From Lama guanicoe (Eukaryota), in assembly GCA_013239625.1 (NCBI GenBank), contig MU056905.1:15682373-15746372 (forward strand): a stretch of 64,000 nucleotides of DNA, in the 5' to 3' direction. This document shows, in pieces, positions 1 through 12,913 of the stretch. The notes beneath the pieces were generated by a model, which did not search any database, was not told the DNA's origin, and saw only the letters and a program-made list of their open reading frames with translations. The first letter of the stretch is position 1, and every line of letters begins with the position of its first letter. The position numbers were made by a program, and so were the translations under genes.

Positions 1-454
1 TTGATCAAGGTCTTTGAAAGTATCACATGCATGCACTTCAAGTGAAAGATCATTTTAATTATTTTATAGTCATTCTTCACACAAAGGATCTTTGTAATTG
101 GAAACTCTTTAATGAGCTTTGATTTATAACCCTGTTTTTAATTTGAAACTTTTTTATTGTGATCCCAGTGATTATCAAGATAAGGACTATGGTTATCAAG
201 CATGAGATTCTAAGTCCATCTATCCCCAGGTGCGACGAGAGAGGAGGGCATAGGAAGCAGTGTTTGGGGGCTGCACGGACACCACTGTATTTCTTCCTCA
301 AGACATCCCTGGAAGGTGCCTGTATTTATTTGATCGATGAGAAAGACTAATGTTTAGAAAGTTTACACAACTCCACACCTGGTAAAAGCTAGAACCAAGA
401 GCCATTTCCTGGTCTGTGTTTTCTCACAGTTGTTACTACAACTCCCCTGCACTG

Positions 455-715
455 ACAAACCAGCCTGGGAGGGCAGTGGAGGCTTCCCGGAGGAGGCGGT
501 GTTTGAACTGAGCCTTGAAACCTGAGTAGGAGGACTCCAGGTGGATGAGGACAGGAAGGGCATTTCAGGCAAAGGAAAGGAAGTGTGGAATAGTACGGTG
601 TGCACAGAGGACTAAAAATAGCTGCCCAGGGCAAGAGCACAGCATGTTTTATGAGGCTTGTAAGAGAGCCAGTTGTAAAGGTAGGTGATCTCAAAGGGCC
701 ACCAATGCCAGGTGC
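455..715 (-). mobile_element. LINE2 (L2) fragment
   Basis: Reads like the antisense L2 3' region (ggaggcttcccggaggaggcggtgtttgaactgagccttgaa...aagggcatttcaggcaaagg); highly diverged, boundaries approximate. Confidence 0.65.
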
Positions 716-1105
716 TGCCACACACCTGTAGAACCTGGAATGCCTCCTCCCCAAAGTCCCACTGACCAGAGAAAGTAACTGTTGTTTGATCAGAGGAAGC
801 AAGAGTGGGATAACAAATACATTTTTTCCTGAGATGACTTCTGAGCTTCCTGCCAATATTTCAGCCCTGATTCCTCATAGTCAACATTCCACAAATGTTA
901 CCGACATAGTCCACTTGGCTCAGAGAATGGAAAAGATGCTAAAGAATGGAAAAGATTCTTGCTTTCTAGAGGCTGGTGGCATCCTTTCATGTGCATTGGA
1001 ATCTATCTTCCTTAACCAACGTTGTAGAAAAAATGGCGCTTTAATAAATTTAAATATGAAAACAAATGTAATACATCTGAATAAATAAGACTCCATGAAA
1101 ATAGA

Positions 1106-1202
1106 ATCTTTTCTTCTTTTCTAATGGAGGCACTGGGGATTGAATCCAGGACCTCGTGTATGCTAAGCATGCACTCTGCCAGTGAGCTATACCCTCCCCC
1201 CA
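1106..1202 (-). mobile_element. Camelid tRNA-Ala-derived SINE (Vic-1 type)
   Basis: Reverse complement ggggagggtatagctcactggcagagtgcatgcttagcatacacgaggtcctggattcaatccccagtgcctcca + A-rich tail; 16-bp TSD actccatgaaaataga at 1090-1105 and 1203-1218. Confidence 0.93.
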
Positions 1203-2039
1203 ACTCCATGAAAATAGAGACTGCAGATCTTTCTGGTATATTATTGAACCACTAATACCTAGCATGTAGTAGTTTCCTAAATAACTCTTTAACAAGCAAA
1301 CAAATAGACAGATTTTGAAAACTTCTTTCTACAAGAGTCCTGTAAAATGTTTTGGTCTTTCAAATCATCTGATTTATAAATCTGTCTGTATATATTAATA
1401 TACTCATAAAACTTCTTTTCTTTTATAGTTTTAAAATGTGCTCCTCAAGGAACTGGGGGCAGAGGAGATTTCTAGGAAGGTACACATATCAGAAAAATAT
1501 CCATGTTAGCTGAGAATTGTACCATGTAATTTTGTCAGACAATATTTTATTTAGATTTTTAAACTGCTATCAAGGGATGTCACCACAGCTGTGATGTTTT
1601 AGATTGGTATAATGCTTGTCTTTATCTTTTTTTAAAATTGATTTTTGAGTTATATATATTTTAATTAGTAGTGATTTTACAACAATCTTAGGCTTTTAGA
1701 AAAAGTGTTCATTTTTGCTAGTGAGAAATGTGTTGGAGTTTTGAAGTTGTATTTCAAATAGTTGAAAAAAAAATATAGTGAGTTCAGTTGCATGATTCAA
1801 TCAACTTAGGAATAATTTAGCCCAAATATCTTCCTTAGTACATAGTACCATTCTTTACAAAATGACTAAAATTAAGAGTTTTAAAATGACATTTATTTAA
1901 GTGATACAACAATCGTCTACAAGTTAGATGCTGTGCTAGAGAGCCTGGAAATTCTTGGATGGAAATTCCCCTTGCTATCTTTCCATCATTTTATGGTTTT
2001 AAATATATCACCCATTATATAGAGTCTTTCCAAAGTAGG

Positions 2040-2290
2040 TGTTGGTGGTACATGTCAAGGACAGGGAAATAACTGGACAATGTGGATGTGTGTTGTGGTA
2101 GGAAGGACTGGATTACTATGAAATAGCTTCTAGCTTTACTACCCTAGGTGTTGCATTGAATTCCTTTAGAGAGATGGAGGAAGTTCAAAAGAAAATGATC
2201 AGAATGATAGGAAGACTAGAAATTCAAAGAGGCATGGTTAGTAGAACTAGAAACAGTTGACCTGGGGAGGATAAGAGAACATAAAACTAA
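2040..2290 (+). mobile_element. L3/CR1 LINE remnant
   Basis: gagatggaggaagttcaaaagaaaatgatcagaatgataggaagactagaa...gacctggggaggataaga resembles the recalled CR1/L3 RT 3' consensus. Confidence 0.45.
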
Positions 2291-2369
2291 TTTAGGCCAG
2301 CCCTAAGTGGAAGCCATTAGGAGTTTTTGCCTAAAAATAAGGAATAAATAATAAAGACGTCCAAAGATA

Positions 2370-4900
2370 CAGTGGGAATTCTTGTTCATGATGGCAGACA
2401 GAGCACGTACATACATCCCTTTCCTGCCCCCAAGCCCCACAGACATGTCAGTAAAGAGGAACAAAGAATGAATTCAAGACAGTCCTGGGCGCAGAGCAAG
2501 GGACATCCTGGTACTAGAGATGTAGACACAGTTCTTAAAAGTAAAAAATACTTGGAATTGTATTAAGAGATTCAATCACATTCACAGGAGAAGGCTGCAG
2601 TAGGGGCCCCAGCTATTTTTCCTGGCAGCAGACCCACAGAGAGGCTCAAAACTCGGAGTATGAGAGGAAAGTTGGACAGAAGTCAACCGTGGAATAACTG
2701 TGAGTCAGAGCCCACATTCCCCTTCCCTGTGTCACATGCTCAGACTAAAACCAGAGGATTAATTTTTAAAATAATTGAGAAGAGTCTGCACGGGATATAG
2801 CCCTAGAAGGGGATCATCAGCCTGCTCTGAAGAAAATTCTCTTCATTTTGACTGGGAGGTGGGAGAGTTGGGGAGGGGCATCGTACTCCTTCTCTTGCCC
2901 CTCAAGGTCTAAAGCAAAGTCTGCCAGTCAAAAGGCCTAACCATGTGGATGGAAGGCAAGACCAACTGCGGCAAAGAGAGCTCTCTGCATTACACAAGCT
3001 GGTCTGCCTCAGTTATAACCATGAATTGATAGCCAAAGATCATAAAAATCTTGGAAAAAATAAGGACAGAAAGGCAAGTGGAAATCAATGAAGTCATCCT
3101 GGAGGAAACAGATAATTCAGGAAATAGAACCTATCTTTAAAGTAATTTTATTTTGTTTCCTCACAGAAGAAAATTAAAAAAAAAAGCATTTGCAAACCAA
3201 AAAACAGGCTGCTAAGGAAAAGATCAAAAAACAAAAAAGTGTGCTTAAAATGAGAAAAGTAATTGTGGAAGTTAAAAATTCAATGGAAGAAAGAATGGGA
3301 GAAATGTCTCTGAATGGAGAAGAAAATGTTAAAGGGATGGAAAATATGGGAGAAAAATAACAAGATCAGAGAACAGTCCAAAAGTTTTATCATCTGAAAG
3401 GATGTTTAGAATGAGAAAATGCACAAAACAGAGAAGAACAAGGCAGAATTTCTAAGTATGAAGAAACAGGACTTCAGATTATAAGAGCCTAGAGAATGCA
3501 GAAGTTAATGAGTGAACAAACCCACCCCAAGACATGTTCCTGTGACATTTTAGACACTGGGAATAGAGGGAAGCTTCTAAAAGCTAAAAGAATAGGTCAC
3601 TCAGAAAGAAATTGACCTGGAGATTGTCATACTAAGTGAAGTAAGCCAGAAAGAGAAAGAAAAATACCACATGATTATCACTCACATGTGGAATCTAAAA
3701 TAAGGATGCAAATGAACATATTTACAAAACAGAGACAGACACAGAAAACAAACTTATGGTTACGAGGTGGGAGGGGGAAGAGGGAGGGATAAATTGGGAG
3801 TTTGGGATTCGTAGATACTAACTACTGTATATAAAATAGATAAACAACAAAGTCCTACTGTAGAGCACAGGGAACTATATTCAATATCTTGTAATGGCCT
3901 ATAACAAAAAAGAATATGAAAAGGAATATATTATATATATGTATATATATGTATAAACATATTATATATATATACATATATATATCAGTGAATCACTATG
4001 CTGCACAACAGAAATTGACACAACATTGTAAATTGACTATACATCAAAGAAAAAAAAATGGGAATCCAGTTGACGTTGGAGAGAACATCAGCAATTCTAG
4101 ATAACAGGAAAAAAACTAAAAAACAAGCAGAGTGTCTGCAAAATGTTGAGGGAAAAATGTCTTTGAACCAAAAATTCTCTACCCAGCCAAACTACCAATC
4201 AAGAGTGAGACATATTCAAATATGCAAAAACACAGACCATTTACCACCCACAGACTATTTCTAAACTACTCAAGCAAAACAAAGAGAATCCAAGTACAAG
4301 GAAGTCCCAGGCTCCAAGAAACAGTAGCTCTAACCCAGGATTGTAGAGAAAAGTGATTCCAGGATGAGAACTTTGAGGCAGGCCTAGAGAGCCTTCCATC
4401 CAAACTAGAACCAGAAGTCAGAGGCTCTGTGAAGAATTTCTCTCCATAGAGCATGGATTTCATCTAACAAATACAATGATTAAGAAGTTGGGTGACCTTG
4501 TGACAAGGCCAAGGCACATTAGGTCATTATGACATTGTGCCTTTCTAACTCTTTCCAGACTCTAAAGTTACTTTCTACTTCCAATAGCCAAGATTTATTG
4601 ACAAGAGTTACATTTCCTCTACAGGCTGAATTACTACAGGTAATATTCGATTCTGCAGTGAACGGTATTTCCAAACAAATATTATTGTGACTACTATTTT
4701 TTAGTTTTCAATTTAACAGTGAATTTATAGACAATGCATGAAAAAGTAACTAGTTACAGAACAAATGTAACAACAATAGTATTCTGGAATGGAGGTTTGA
4801 AGAGAAGGGGAGAGAGGTGGAGGAAAGGTGAAATTAGATTTATTCATCAAACATAAAGGGAATTAAGAGATACTGTATCTAAGAGGAAATACAGGTGTGT
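2370..4900 (+). mobile_element. Ancient HAL1/L1M-type element (5' region + ORF1-like remnant), interrupted by a younger L1 at 3612-4058
   Basis: A-rich ORF1-like remnants (aaaaattcaatggaag..., ttgaaccaaaaattctctacccagccaaactaccaatcaag) and HAL1-like gcaggcctagagagc motif near 4378. Confidence 0.6.
3612..4058 (+). mobile_element. Younger (artiodactyl/camelid) L1 3' fragment
   Basis: ORF2 C-terminus/3'UTR signature gacctggagattgtcatactaagtgaagtaagccagaaagagaaagaaaaatacca..., internal (TA)n, ends ttgactatacatcaa + poly(A). Confidence 0.9.
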
Positions 4901-5067
4901 TTGATGTTTTTTCCCCCAGTTTTTGACAATTACAANNNNNNNNNNNNNNNNNNNNNNNNNNNNNNNNNNNNNNNNNNNNNNNNNNNNNNNNNNNNNNNNN
5001 NNNNNNNNNNNNNNNNNNNNNNNNNNNNNNNNNNNNNNNNNNNNNNNNNNNNNNNNNNNNNNNNNNN

Positions 5068-5660
5068 GGTATTAGCCCTTTATCAAATACATGATTTGCA
5101 AATATTTTCTCCCATTCTGTAACACTGCCTTTTCACTCTGTTGACTGTTTCCTTCACTGTACAGAAAGCAGCTTTTTAGTTTCATGTAGTCCCATTTGTC
5201 TCTTTTTGATTTGTTGTTTATACTTTTAGTTTCATATCCAAGAAATCATTGCCTACACCAATGTCATGACGCTTTTCCCCTATGTTTTCCTTTAGGAAGG
5301 TTATAGTTTCAGGNNNNNNNNNNNNNNNNNNNNNNNNNNNNNNNNNNNNNNNNNNNNNNNNNNNNNNNNNNNNNNNNNNNNNNNNNNNNNNNNNNNNNNN
5401 NNNNNNNNNNNNNNNNNNNNNNNNNNNNNNNNNNNNNNNNNNNNNNNNNNNNNNNNNNNNNNNNNNNNNNNNNNNNNNNNNNNNNNNNNNNNNNNNNNNN
5501 NNNNNNNNNNNNNNNNNNNNNNNNNNNNNNNNNNNNNNNNTACTGTTTTAATATCTTTGTGATATATTATATTATATATTATAATATATTTAAAAATCAG
5601 AAAATGTGGTACTTCCAGCTTTGTTCTTTTTTTCAAGATTGCTTTGACTTTTTGGGGTCT
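5068..5660 (-). mobile_element. L1 ORF2 3' region, gapped
   Basis: Antisense ORF2 text (ttgcaaatattttctcccattctgta..., tccagctttgttctttttttcaagattgcttt); the ORF at 5301-5636 (MKKRTKLEVPHFLIFK) is an ORF2p remnant; interrupted by N gaps. Confidence 0.85.
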
Positions 5661-5732
5661 TTTATGGTTTTTATAGTTTTTGGGGTCTTTTATAGTTTTT
5701 ATAGTTTTCGGGGTCTTTTATGGTTTTTATAG
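5649..5732. repeat. 3 x 28-bp tandem repeat (tttttggggtcttttatggtttttatag)
   Basis: Units at 5649-5676, 5677-5704, 5705-5732, each within 1 mismatch of unit 1. Confidence 0.95.
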
Positions 5733-6822
5733 TCTGTGTCTTTCAAAAAATGTTCTAGTTCATCTAAGTTGTTGATAATTTCGGCATGGAAGTGTTCATT
5801 ATATACCCTTATTATCCCATTAATATTTAGAATCTGTAGTGATGTCACCTTTCTCATTCCTGATATTGGTAATGTGTGTCATCCCTAACCTGATCATTCT
5901 AACTAGAGGCTTGTAATTTTTATTGATCTTTAATATCCAGCTTTTGGCTTCACTGATTTTCTCCATTGTTTTTCTGACTTATATTTTATTGAATTCCAAT
6001 GTGGTCTTTACTATTTCTTTTCTTCTGCTTATTTTGGATTTATTTGCTCTTTTTTTCCCCCCTGGTTTCTTAAGAGGGGGCTAGATCATTGATTTGAAAC
6101 ATTTCTTTTCTTTTAATAAAGACATTTAGTGCTATAAATCCCTCCCACCCCATACAAATACTTTTTTAGCTGCATCCAACAAATTTTTATATGTTCTTTT
6201 TTTCACGTTCAATTAATTCAAATACTTTCTGCTTTCCCTTTTGACTTCTTTTATCCATAGGTTGTTAAGAAGCGTGTTATTTTGTTTGCAAGAATTTGTA
6301 AATTTTCCAGAAATCTTTCTATTATTGATTTCTAATTCAATTCAATTGTAGATAGACAGCATACTCTGTTGGACTTGAATTTATTTGCATTTATTAAGGC
6401 ATGGTCTAACTTGGTTAATGTTACATGTACACTTGAAGAATGTGGGTACAGCTGTTGTTTGGTGATGTATTCTATAAATATCAAATACGTCATGTTGGTG
6501 GGTAGATTTGTTCAGGTCTTCTAGATCTTTACTGATTTTTCTCTCTTTATCGTTTCACTGATTATTGAGAGAGGGGTACTGATTTTTATTTTGGTTGTAG
6601 ATTTGTCTATTTCTCTTTGCCGTTCTCTGAGTTTTTGTCTCCTGTATTTTGAATTGCTTTTGTTAGGTACACAAATATTTAGAATTGTTATGTACTCTTG
6701 ATGACTTGACTTTTGGTCATTATGAAATGACCTTTGTCCCTGGTGCTATTCTTTGCTCTCATATTTTCTTTGTCTGACATCAGTCTAGTCACTTCAGCTT
6801 TGTTCTGATTAATCTTAGCATG

Positions 6823-7228
6823 TGTATTAGTGTGTTCAGGTTGCCATAACAAAATACCACGGCCTGGTGACTCAAACAACAGAAATTAATTTTTTCACAG
6901 TTCTGGAGACTGGAATTCCAAGACCAAGGTACCAGCAGGCTTGATNNNNNNNNNNNNNNNNNNNNNNNNNNNNNNNNNNNNNNNNNNNNNNNNNNNNNNN
7001 NNNNNNNNNNNNNNNNNNNNNNNNNNNNNNNNNNNNNNNNNNNNNNNNNNNNNNNNNNNNNNNNNNNNNNNNNNNNNNNNNNNNNNNNNNCCCCACACTT
7101 ATCGCCTCATTTAAGATTAATCACCTCCTTAAAGGCACCGTTTCCAAATACATTCACGTTGGGAGTTAGGGCTTTAACATAGGAATTTGGGGCAGGGGAA
7201 GTGAGGGGGACAAATTTAGTCCATAACA
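6823..7228 (-). mobile_element. MaLR solo LTR (MLT1A-like)
   Basis: tgtattagt...ccataacaaaataccac...ttctggagactgg...tttagtccataaca; 5-bp TSD gcatg at 6818-6822 and 7229-7233; contains N gap. Confidence 0.88.
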
Positions 7229-8056
7229 GCATGGCGTATCTTTTCTATCCTTTTATGTTTAACTTGTTTCTTTGCATATAAAGTGCATTTCTTATAGGAA
7301 GGACATAGTTTGATTTTTCCTTTTTTTACCCAATCCTGACAATCTCATTTAGGATGTCTAAATAACAACATTTAATATGATTATTGATATGCTAAGGTTT
7401 AAATTTACCACCTTTCTATTTTCTATTTATTCCATCTATTATTTCTTCATTTCCCCCTTTTTTCTGCCTCCTTTTGGTTGACTAAATTATTTTCATGATT
7501 CCATTTTATCTCCTTTTGTTGGTTTATTAGCTATCACTCATTTAGAAGTGTGAGTGTGTATGTATTTTATACATATATAAGATAGTAGCTTTGGAGTTTA
7601 CACCATACATCTTAACTTCTCACAGCCTACCTTCAAGAAATGTCCTTCAACTTCCCACATCATATTTGTTTACGTTCCATTTTGGACAGTTTCTATTGCT
7701 GTGTTTTCAGGTTCACTAATCTTTTCTTCCGAAATGTTTTACTTGCTGTTAATCCTCCTCAGTGTAATCTTTCACCTCAAATATGTATTTTTAAAATTTT
7801 TTCATTTCTAGAAGTTTGGTATCTTTTCAGTATCTTCCATGTCTCTACTTAACTTTTTAAACATACAATATACAGCAATAATAGCTGTTTTAATATTCTT
7901 GTTGGCTACTTCTAACATCTGCCTCAGTTTGGGTTCAGCTTCAGTTGACAGTATTTTTTTCCTCATCATGGTTATATTTTTCTGCTTCTTTGATTTCCTG
8001 GTGATTTTTCTATTGTATACCAGACATTGGGTATTTTTCCCTATTAAGTGTTTTTA

Positions 8057-8057
<1 letters not shown>

Positions 8058-8096
<39 letters not shown>
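8058..8096. repeat. (ATT)n microsatellite
   Basis: Direct reading. Confidence 0.95.
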
Positions 8097-8097
<1 letters not shown>

Positions 8098-11000
8098 CTA
8101 TAAATATCCTTGAACTTTGTTTTGGGACGCAGCTAAGTTGCTTGGAAACGGGGTCATTCTTTCAGGTCATACCTTTAAGACTAGTTAGGCAAGACCACAC
8201 AGCAGTATTTAGTTTAGGACTAACTTTACCCCACTACTGAGGCAAGACCTTTCTGAGCTCTCTACTCAAGGGTCCATGAGTTATGAAATTTTCCAGTCTG
8301 GCTGGTGGGCAAAGGCATTTTTGCCCAGCCACACGTGAGCACTCAACACTGTGCTCTTGAATCCTTTAGGATGGTTCTTTCCCTGGTCGTAGGTTGTTTC
8401 CTCATGTGTGTGCTAACCAGCAGTCTGATGATTACTTGCAAGGAAACATTTGCAGATCTTGTCACCCTATCTTTATAGGAACTTGAGGGAATATTTTAAA
8501 TTAGCTGATTAAAAGAGTTTTTCTTCACTGGGACTTGGCAGCTTGTTTATTACCTTTCCTGGCTATGAACTATCACTACCAACTTTCAGGGTCGGGCAGG
8601 AATGGGTGGGAAATTCCTGCAAAAAGCTTTAAATAACTAATTAGAAAAGTGGCCTTTTCTCCCTCAGAAATAGCACTCTTCTGCTTAGGGTGGTGATTTT
8701 TCTTTTCTCATGTTTGATTTGGTCATCTATCTTTTCTAATTTTTCTAGAATGATTACATTTAACTTATGTTTGGGGAGTATTTTTAAATAATCGTAACAA
8801 AATTACATACACACACACACCTTGCCAAAAGCATCATTTATATTACGTATTCCATTTTTCTGGCTGTCTGCCTCGGGGTCATGAGAAGGCATGGCCAAGA
8901 TGTCATCAGCAGGACTGCCAAAGGCATGTACTCTCGTCAGCAGTAAGGCCCCGGGAGCAGGCTCACCCTGCTTCATCTACAGCACCATCATCTGCCTCTC
9001 TTCTCCAGCTGTCCCTGTACCACGTGTCTCCCTTCCTCTCCTCTACAGAGCGGTGAGATGCGCCCAACTCCAGTCCTTTGGAACAAGCCGTTCCAGTGTT
9101 CAGTCTTGTTTCTTGTGCCTCAACTCATCTCCAGATTTTCTTCTCAGAATCCCACAGACTTACTCCATCAGAGTTTGTTTTTCCCTTCCTGTTATTTGGA
9201 CTGCCTGTTCCTACCTTATGCTGTGCTCTCCCCATAGTTGTCTCATTCTAATTAGCCCTGTGAGCCTTCGTGGGAACACCCCCTTGCTCCCCATCGATGG
9301 CTGTGCCACCTGCCTCCTCCACTTGTCTCCAGCTCAATTACTCTCCCCTCCAGCCTTTTCTCTTTTGTGTCTGGAGTCTATTACTACTAAAGCTTTAACC
9401 TCATTTTCTTTTCTTATGAACTTTTTTTTTTTTTGTCCTCTGTGGATGTCTTGAAATGCTCTTGCTTCTTATTTCCTATGTTTACTGATATTAGGCGAAG
9501 CCAAGGAATCTGAGACAAGACAACTAGGCCTTTCCTCTATCAAAGCAACCTTCTGCTGGCATCTCTCCTTCATTTCCAATTATTTCCTCTCTTTGTCTTT
9601 TTCACATTCAAACTGTAATGCATATTTTCTGTTCTTCCTCTGGATCTTAGAACTGCTAGCACAGGACCTGACATGTAATATGTGTTCACTAAGTATTTGT
9701 TGAATAAAAACGAATGAATTAGTCAGTTTTGGTTATTATAACCTGAGCTGTTGATTCTTTGATCTTATTTTAGCTCCTGATAGCTGGTCCAGTTGATTCA
9801 TCATTGTTTTATGGATATTTTTATCAAGTCTGCCTGACCTCAGGCCCCAGGCGGGCCCCACATTTCTCATTCTCTACAGAAGTGCTGTTTCATCTATGGC
9901 TTTTGCCTCTATAATGATGTTCCTTACCATGTGTGTCAATGTGATTTTTTTTTTCCAATTTGGGGGAAGTGAGGGCTTTTGTGCACAGAAAGGAAATAGA
10001 TATTTGAATATTGAAATAATATTTACTAACTTAAGCTGCAAACTGAAACTATAATTTCCTTAGGCCTCTAAGTTCACTCTGCAATTCTGATTTTACTTAT
10101 AAACCAAGTCATTTTGATAAAATTTAAAACCATCCTTCCACTTACATAATTCAATTTAAGTAGATTAAAATCCTCTACACAATTAGTCATATTAATAAGC
10201 CATCAATTATATTCCCCTAAGGTTTTAACAACATTTATAATTGAATATATCAAGTAATTTAGATGCCTGACAAGGCTGATTTAAACCCCAACAAGCAAAA
10301 TCAAAGTACTTGGAAATCTAAAAATTCACCCTTAAAAACATAATGAGTCAAAACATTCAAAGACTGTTTATAAATGTTACCGAATTATCAGAACTTTTCA
10401 ATTTAAGGTTATGAGAACAAAATTAAGTATGAATTTCAAGCTGAAATCATGAAGCTAACATTTGCAGATTCTCTAATAGGTCAGATTTTCTTAAACATTA
10501 CTAACATCTTAAACACATAAATTATACCTTCCATTCCTAAATCTATTAATAAATAGTATTAATACTACAGGGCAAATTTACTTCATGATCCTAGGTTTAA
10601 TTATAAGCCTCCTATAGTTGTAAAACCATTTTCCAAGGGAGGGGAGCAGTTTTACCACCTCAGGTGCACTGAGGATTCTGGGTTAATAGGCTTGGGGCTG
10701 TGATATAGTTACTTATTAATCAGATGTTCAAGACCATGACATGGGGCACAGGGCTACAAACTTCTAGAAAGATTCTGCCCAAGCCACAGACAGACACACT
10801 GAGTACTGTTCTATCTGCCATGTCCATGGGGGAGCCATGCTCTTGTCCTTTTTAGGGGATTGATTTAGGGGATGATGACGATGACAATTATAACAGTGAA
10901 TTGACTAGTGAGTAAATCACTGCTGGCATTGTGCTAGATATTTATGTGCAATATCTTTTAATCCTGCCATTTAAACCCCAAATTACATCTTTACCCAAAT

Positions 11001-11134
11001 CTTTGGTACTGTCTTTAAATGTTTTATCTTTTTTGGGTAGACTGAATTACATACTTCCATTTAGTTTGCCACAAATTGCCTTTATATCCTTTGGTTAGAT
11101 CATGACTTCTTTCAAACTTTTCTTAATTGACTCA

Positions 11135-11740
11135 TTTGGTTGTAAATGGAAAAAAATCCAGTTCAAACTGAAAGTAGCAAAAGGAGCAAAAGAGTAAACT
11201 GTCAGCTCACATAACTGAAAAGTCCCAAGAAATGGCAGGTTCAGGCATGGCTGAATCAATGTCAAGCAGTCAAATAGTATTGAGTGTCTCTGTCTCTGTG
11301 TCCCTCCCTCCCTTCCTTCTTCCCTCCCTCTTCCCCTCCCTCCTTCCCTCCTTTCCTTCTCCTGATTTTTCTTGTCTAGGTTTGGTCTTAATTGTTAGTC
11401 TTGTTCCCCATGGTAACAACAGGGCTCTAGGAAGCTCCAGGCTTATGTGATACTGACAGCCATAAATCTCAAAAGAAGAGACTCTAACTTTCAGCAGCCA
11501 TATCAGTCCCCTCAGAAAACCCTGATTGGTCATGTTTAGGTTATGTGCCTTCCTCTGGACCAATCACTATGGCCCAGGAAGTGGGATATGCTGATTGAAC
11601 ACCCTGGGTCACAAGTTCATCCCTGTGGTGTGGGTAGCAGGGCCCCTTGATTGACAGACTCAAGAGAATCACATGGGATTAGAGGGGGCAGTTCTCTGCA
11701 GGAAGGGATACCAAACGAAAAAAGGTGGCAGATGCCTATT
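11135..11740 (-). mobile_element. Old MaLR LTR (MLT1J/K/L-like) with internal (CCTT)n
   Basis: ttggttgtaaatgg...cataactgaaaagtcc...ttcaggcatggctgaatc...ctggaccaatcactatggcc motifs of older MLT1 LTRs. Confidence 0.65.
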
Positions 11741-12309
11741 ACAGTACAGAATATATTCAGATAATTTTATGAGATTCATGTATATCAAGTCTTTGGCTGT
11801 TCCTGCTGCCTGCTATAAACCTTGTCTGTCCCAAATGGAAAAGCACTTGGCAGCTGATTAACTCAGTCCCTTCTTCCTTGGCATAGCGCTGTTTCATTTC
11901 TGCATTGCTCAGTTACAAATCTGTCTTCTGCTTTTCCTGGAACTGCTAATACATTACAGTCTGTATCCAAGTCATACAAGGTCTCCTGTATTTGTTTTTA
12001 ATGTGTAATCATCACCGTGTTTTCCCAGAATTCTTTTTTCCTATAGATGTACATTCTCCAGGATAAATTCTGTGTCATAGCCGAGCCAAATTCCTAGGGA
12101 TCTGAATTACTACTGAAGAGATGTCCCTTTAGGCTCATCCCAATTCATGTAATAAGTTAGATCCCAGTGCATAATCATACCCTCAGCTGCTTTTAAAATG
12201 AATCTTATGTCAAGTTTTCTCTTCAGGGAAGTCTTCCCTGCTTTTACTTTCCCCCGTCAGAAGACACAGGGCTGCTTCTAGTCTCCTGTCCTCCTAGGAT
12301 GATGATGAC

Positions 12310-12545
12310 GATGACAATTATAATAGTGAAGTGACTAGTGAGTAAATCACTGCTGGCACTGTGCTAGATATTTATGTGCAATATCTTCTAATCCTACCAA
12401 CATGCTCTAAGGCAAATATCCAATCTCTATTTTACATAGAGACAAACAATCTCAGAGTAGTGACTTGCCCAAGGTCACACAGCCAGTAAGTAGAGTATCT
12501 AAGATTTGAAACAAGGTCGGCTCAACCCCCAAGGTCATGCTCGTT
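12310..12545 (-). mobile_element. MIR SINE
   Basis: Core ctattttacatagagacaaac...gtgacttgcccaaggtcacacagccagtaagtagag...gatttgaa. Confidence 0.85.
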
Positions 12546-12913
12546 ATCCCTGTGGTTAGGCATGGGAAATTATCACCTTTATTTCCCTTTCCTTGTTCCT
12601 CCTTCCCCGTCTCACTGATCTTGGTTGCTTTCTTCCTGCCTGTTCCAATTCAATACCCCTTCTCTCCTCTCTTGCACAAGTCCCATTTGCCTTCCCCATG
12701 GTCGGCACTCAATAAACAGTTGTTAATTAAGTATTTGTGTCACCAGCTTATTGAACAGTCTAAGCTCCCATACTGATGCTCATTTGAGCCCTTCAACATT
12801 CCCTGTAAGGAAAGGCAGTGTTATTTTTCCTCAACGAATGGCTTTAACCATTAGTTAAAGCCATTGAATAGATCATACCCAAACAGATATTTGAAAATCC
12901 AGAAAAGCAAGTA

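Larger units (their letters stand above)
5733..8460 (-). mobile_element. Old L1M (L1MC/L1MD-like) ORF2-5'/ORF1/5' region, split by MLT1 insertion
   Basis: Antisense L1 endonuclease-region text 5733-6822 resumes at 7229; L1MC-type 5' sequence near 8120-8260. Confidence 0.75.

Noticed and set aside
4895-7098. ORFs containing X runs
   Set aside because: Artefacts of assembly N gaps within L1/MLT1 sequence.
8891-9454. 187-aa ORF (longest in window)
   Set aside because: Ser/Leu/Pro/Cys-rich product of a pyrimidine-skewed strand; no recognisable domain or splice context.
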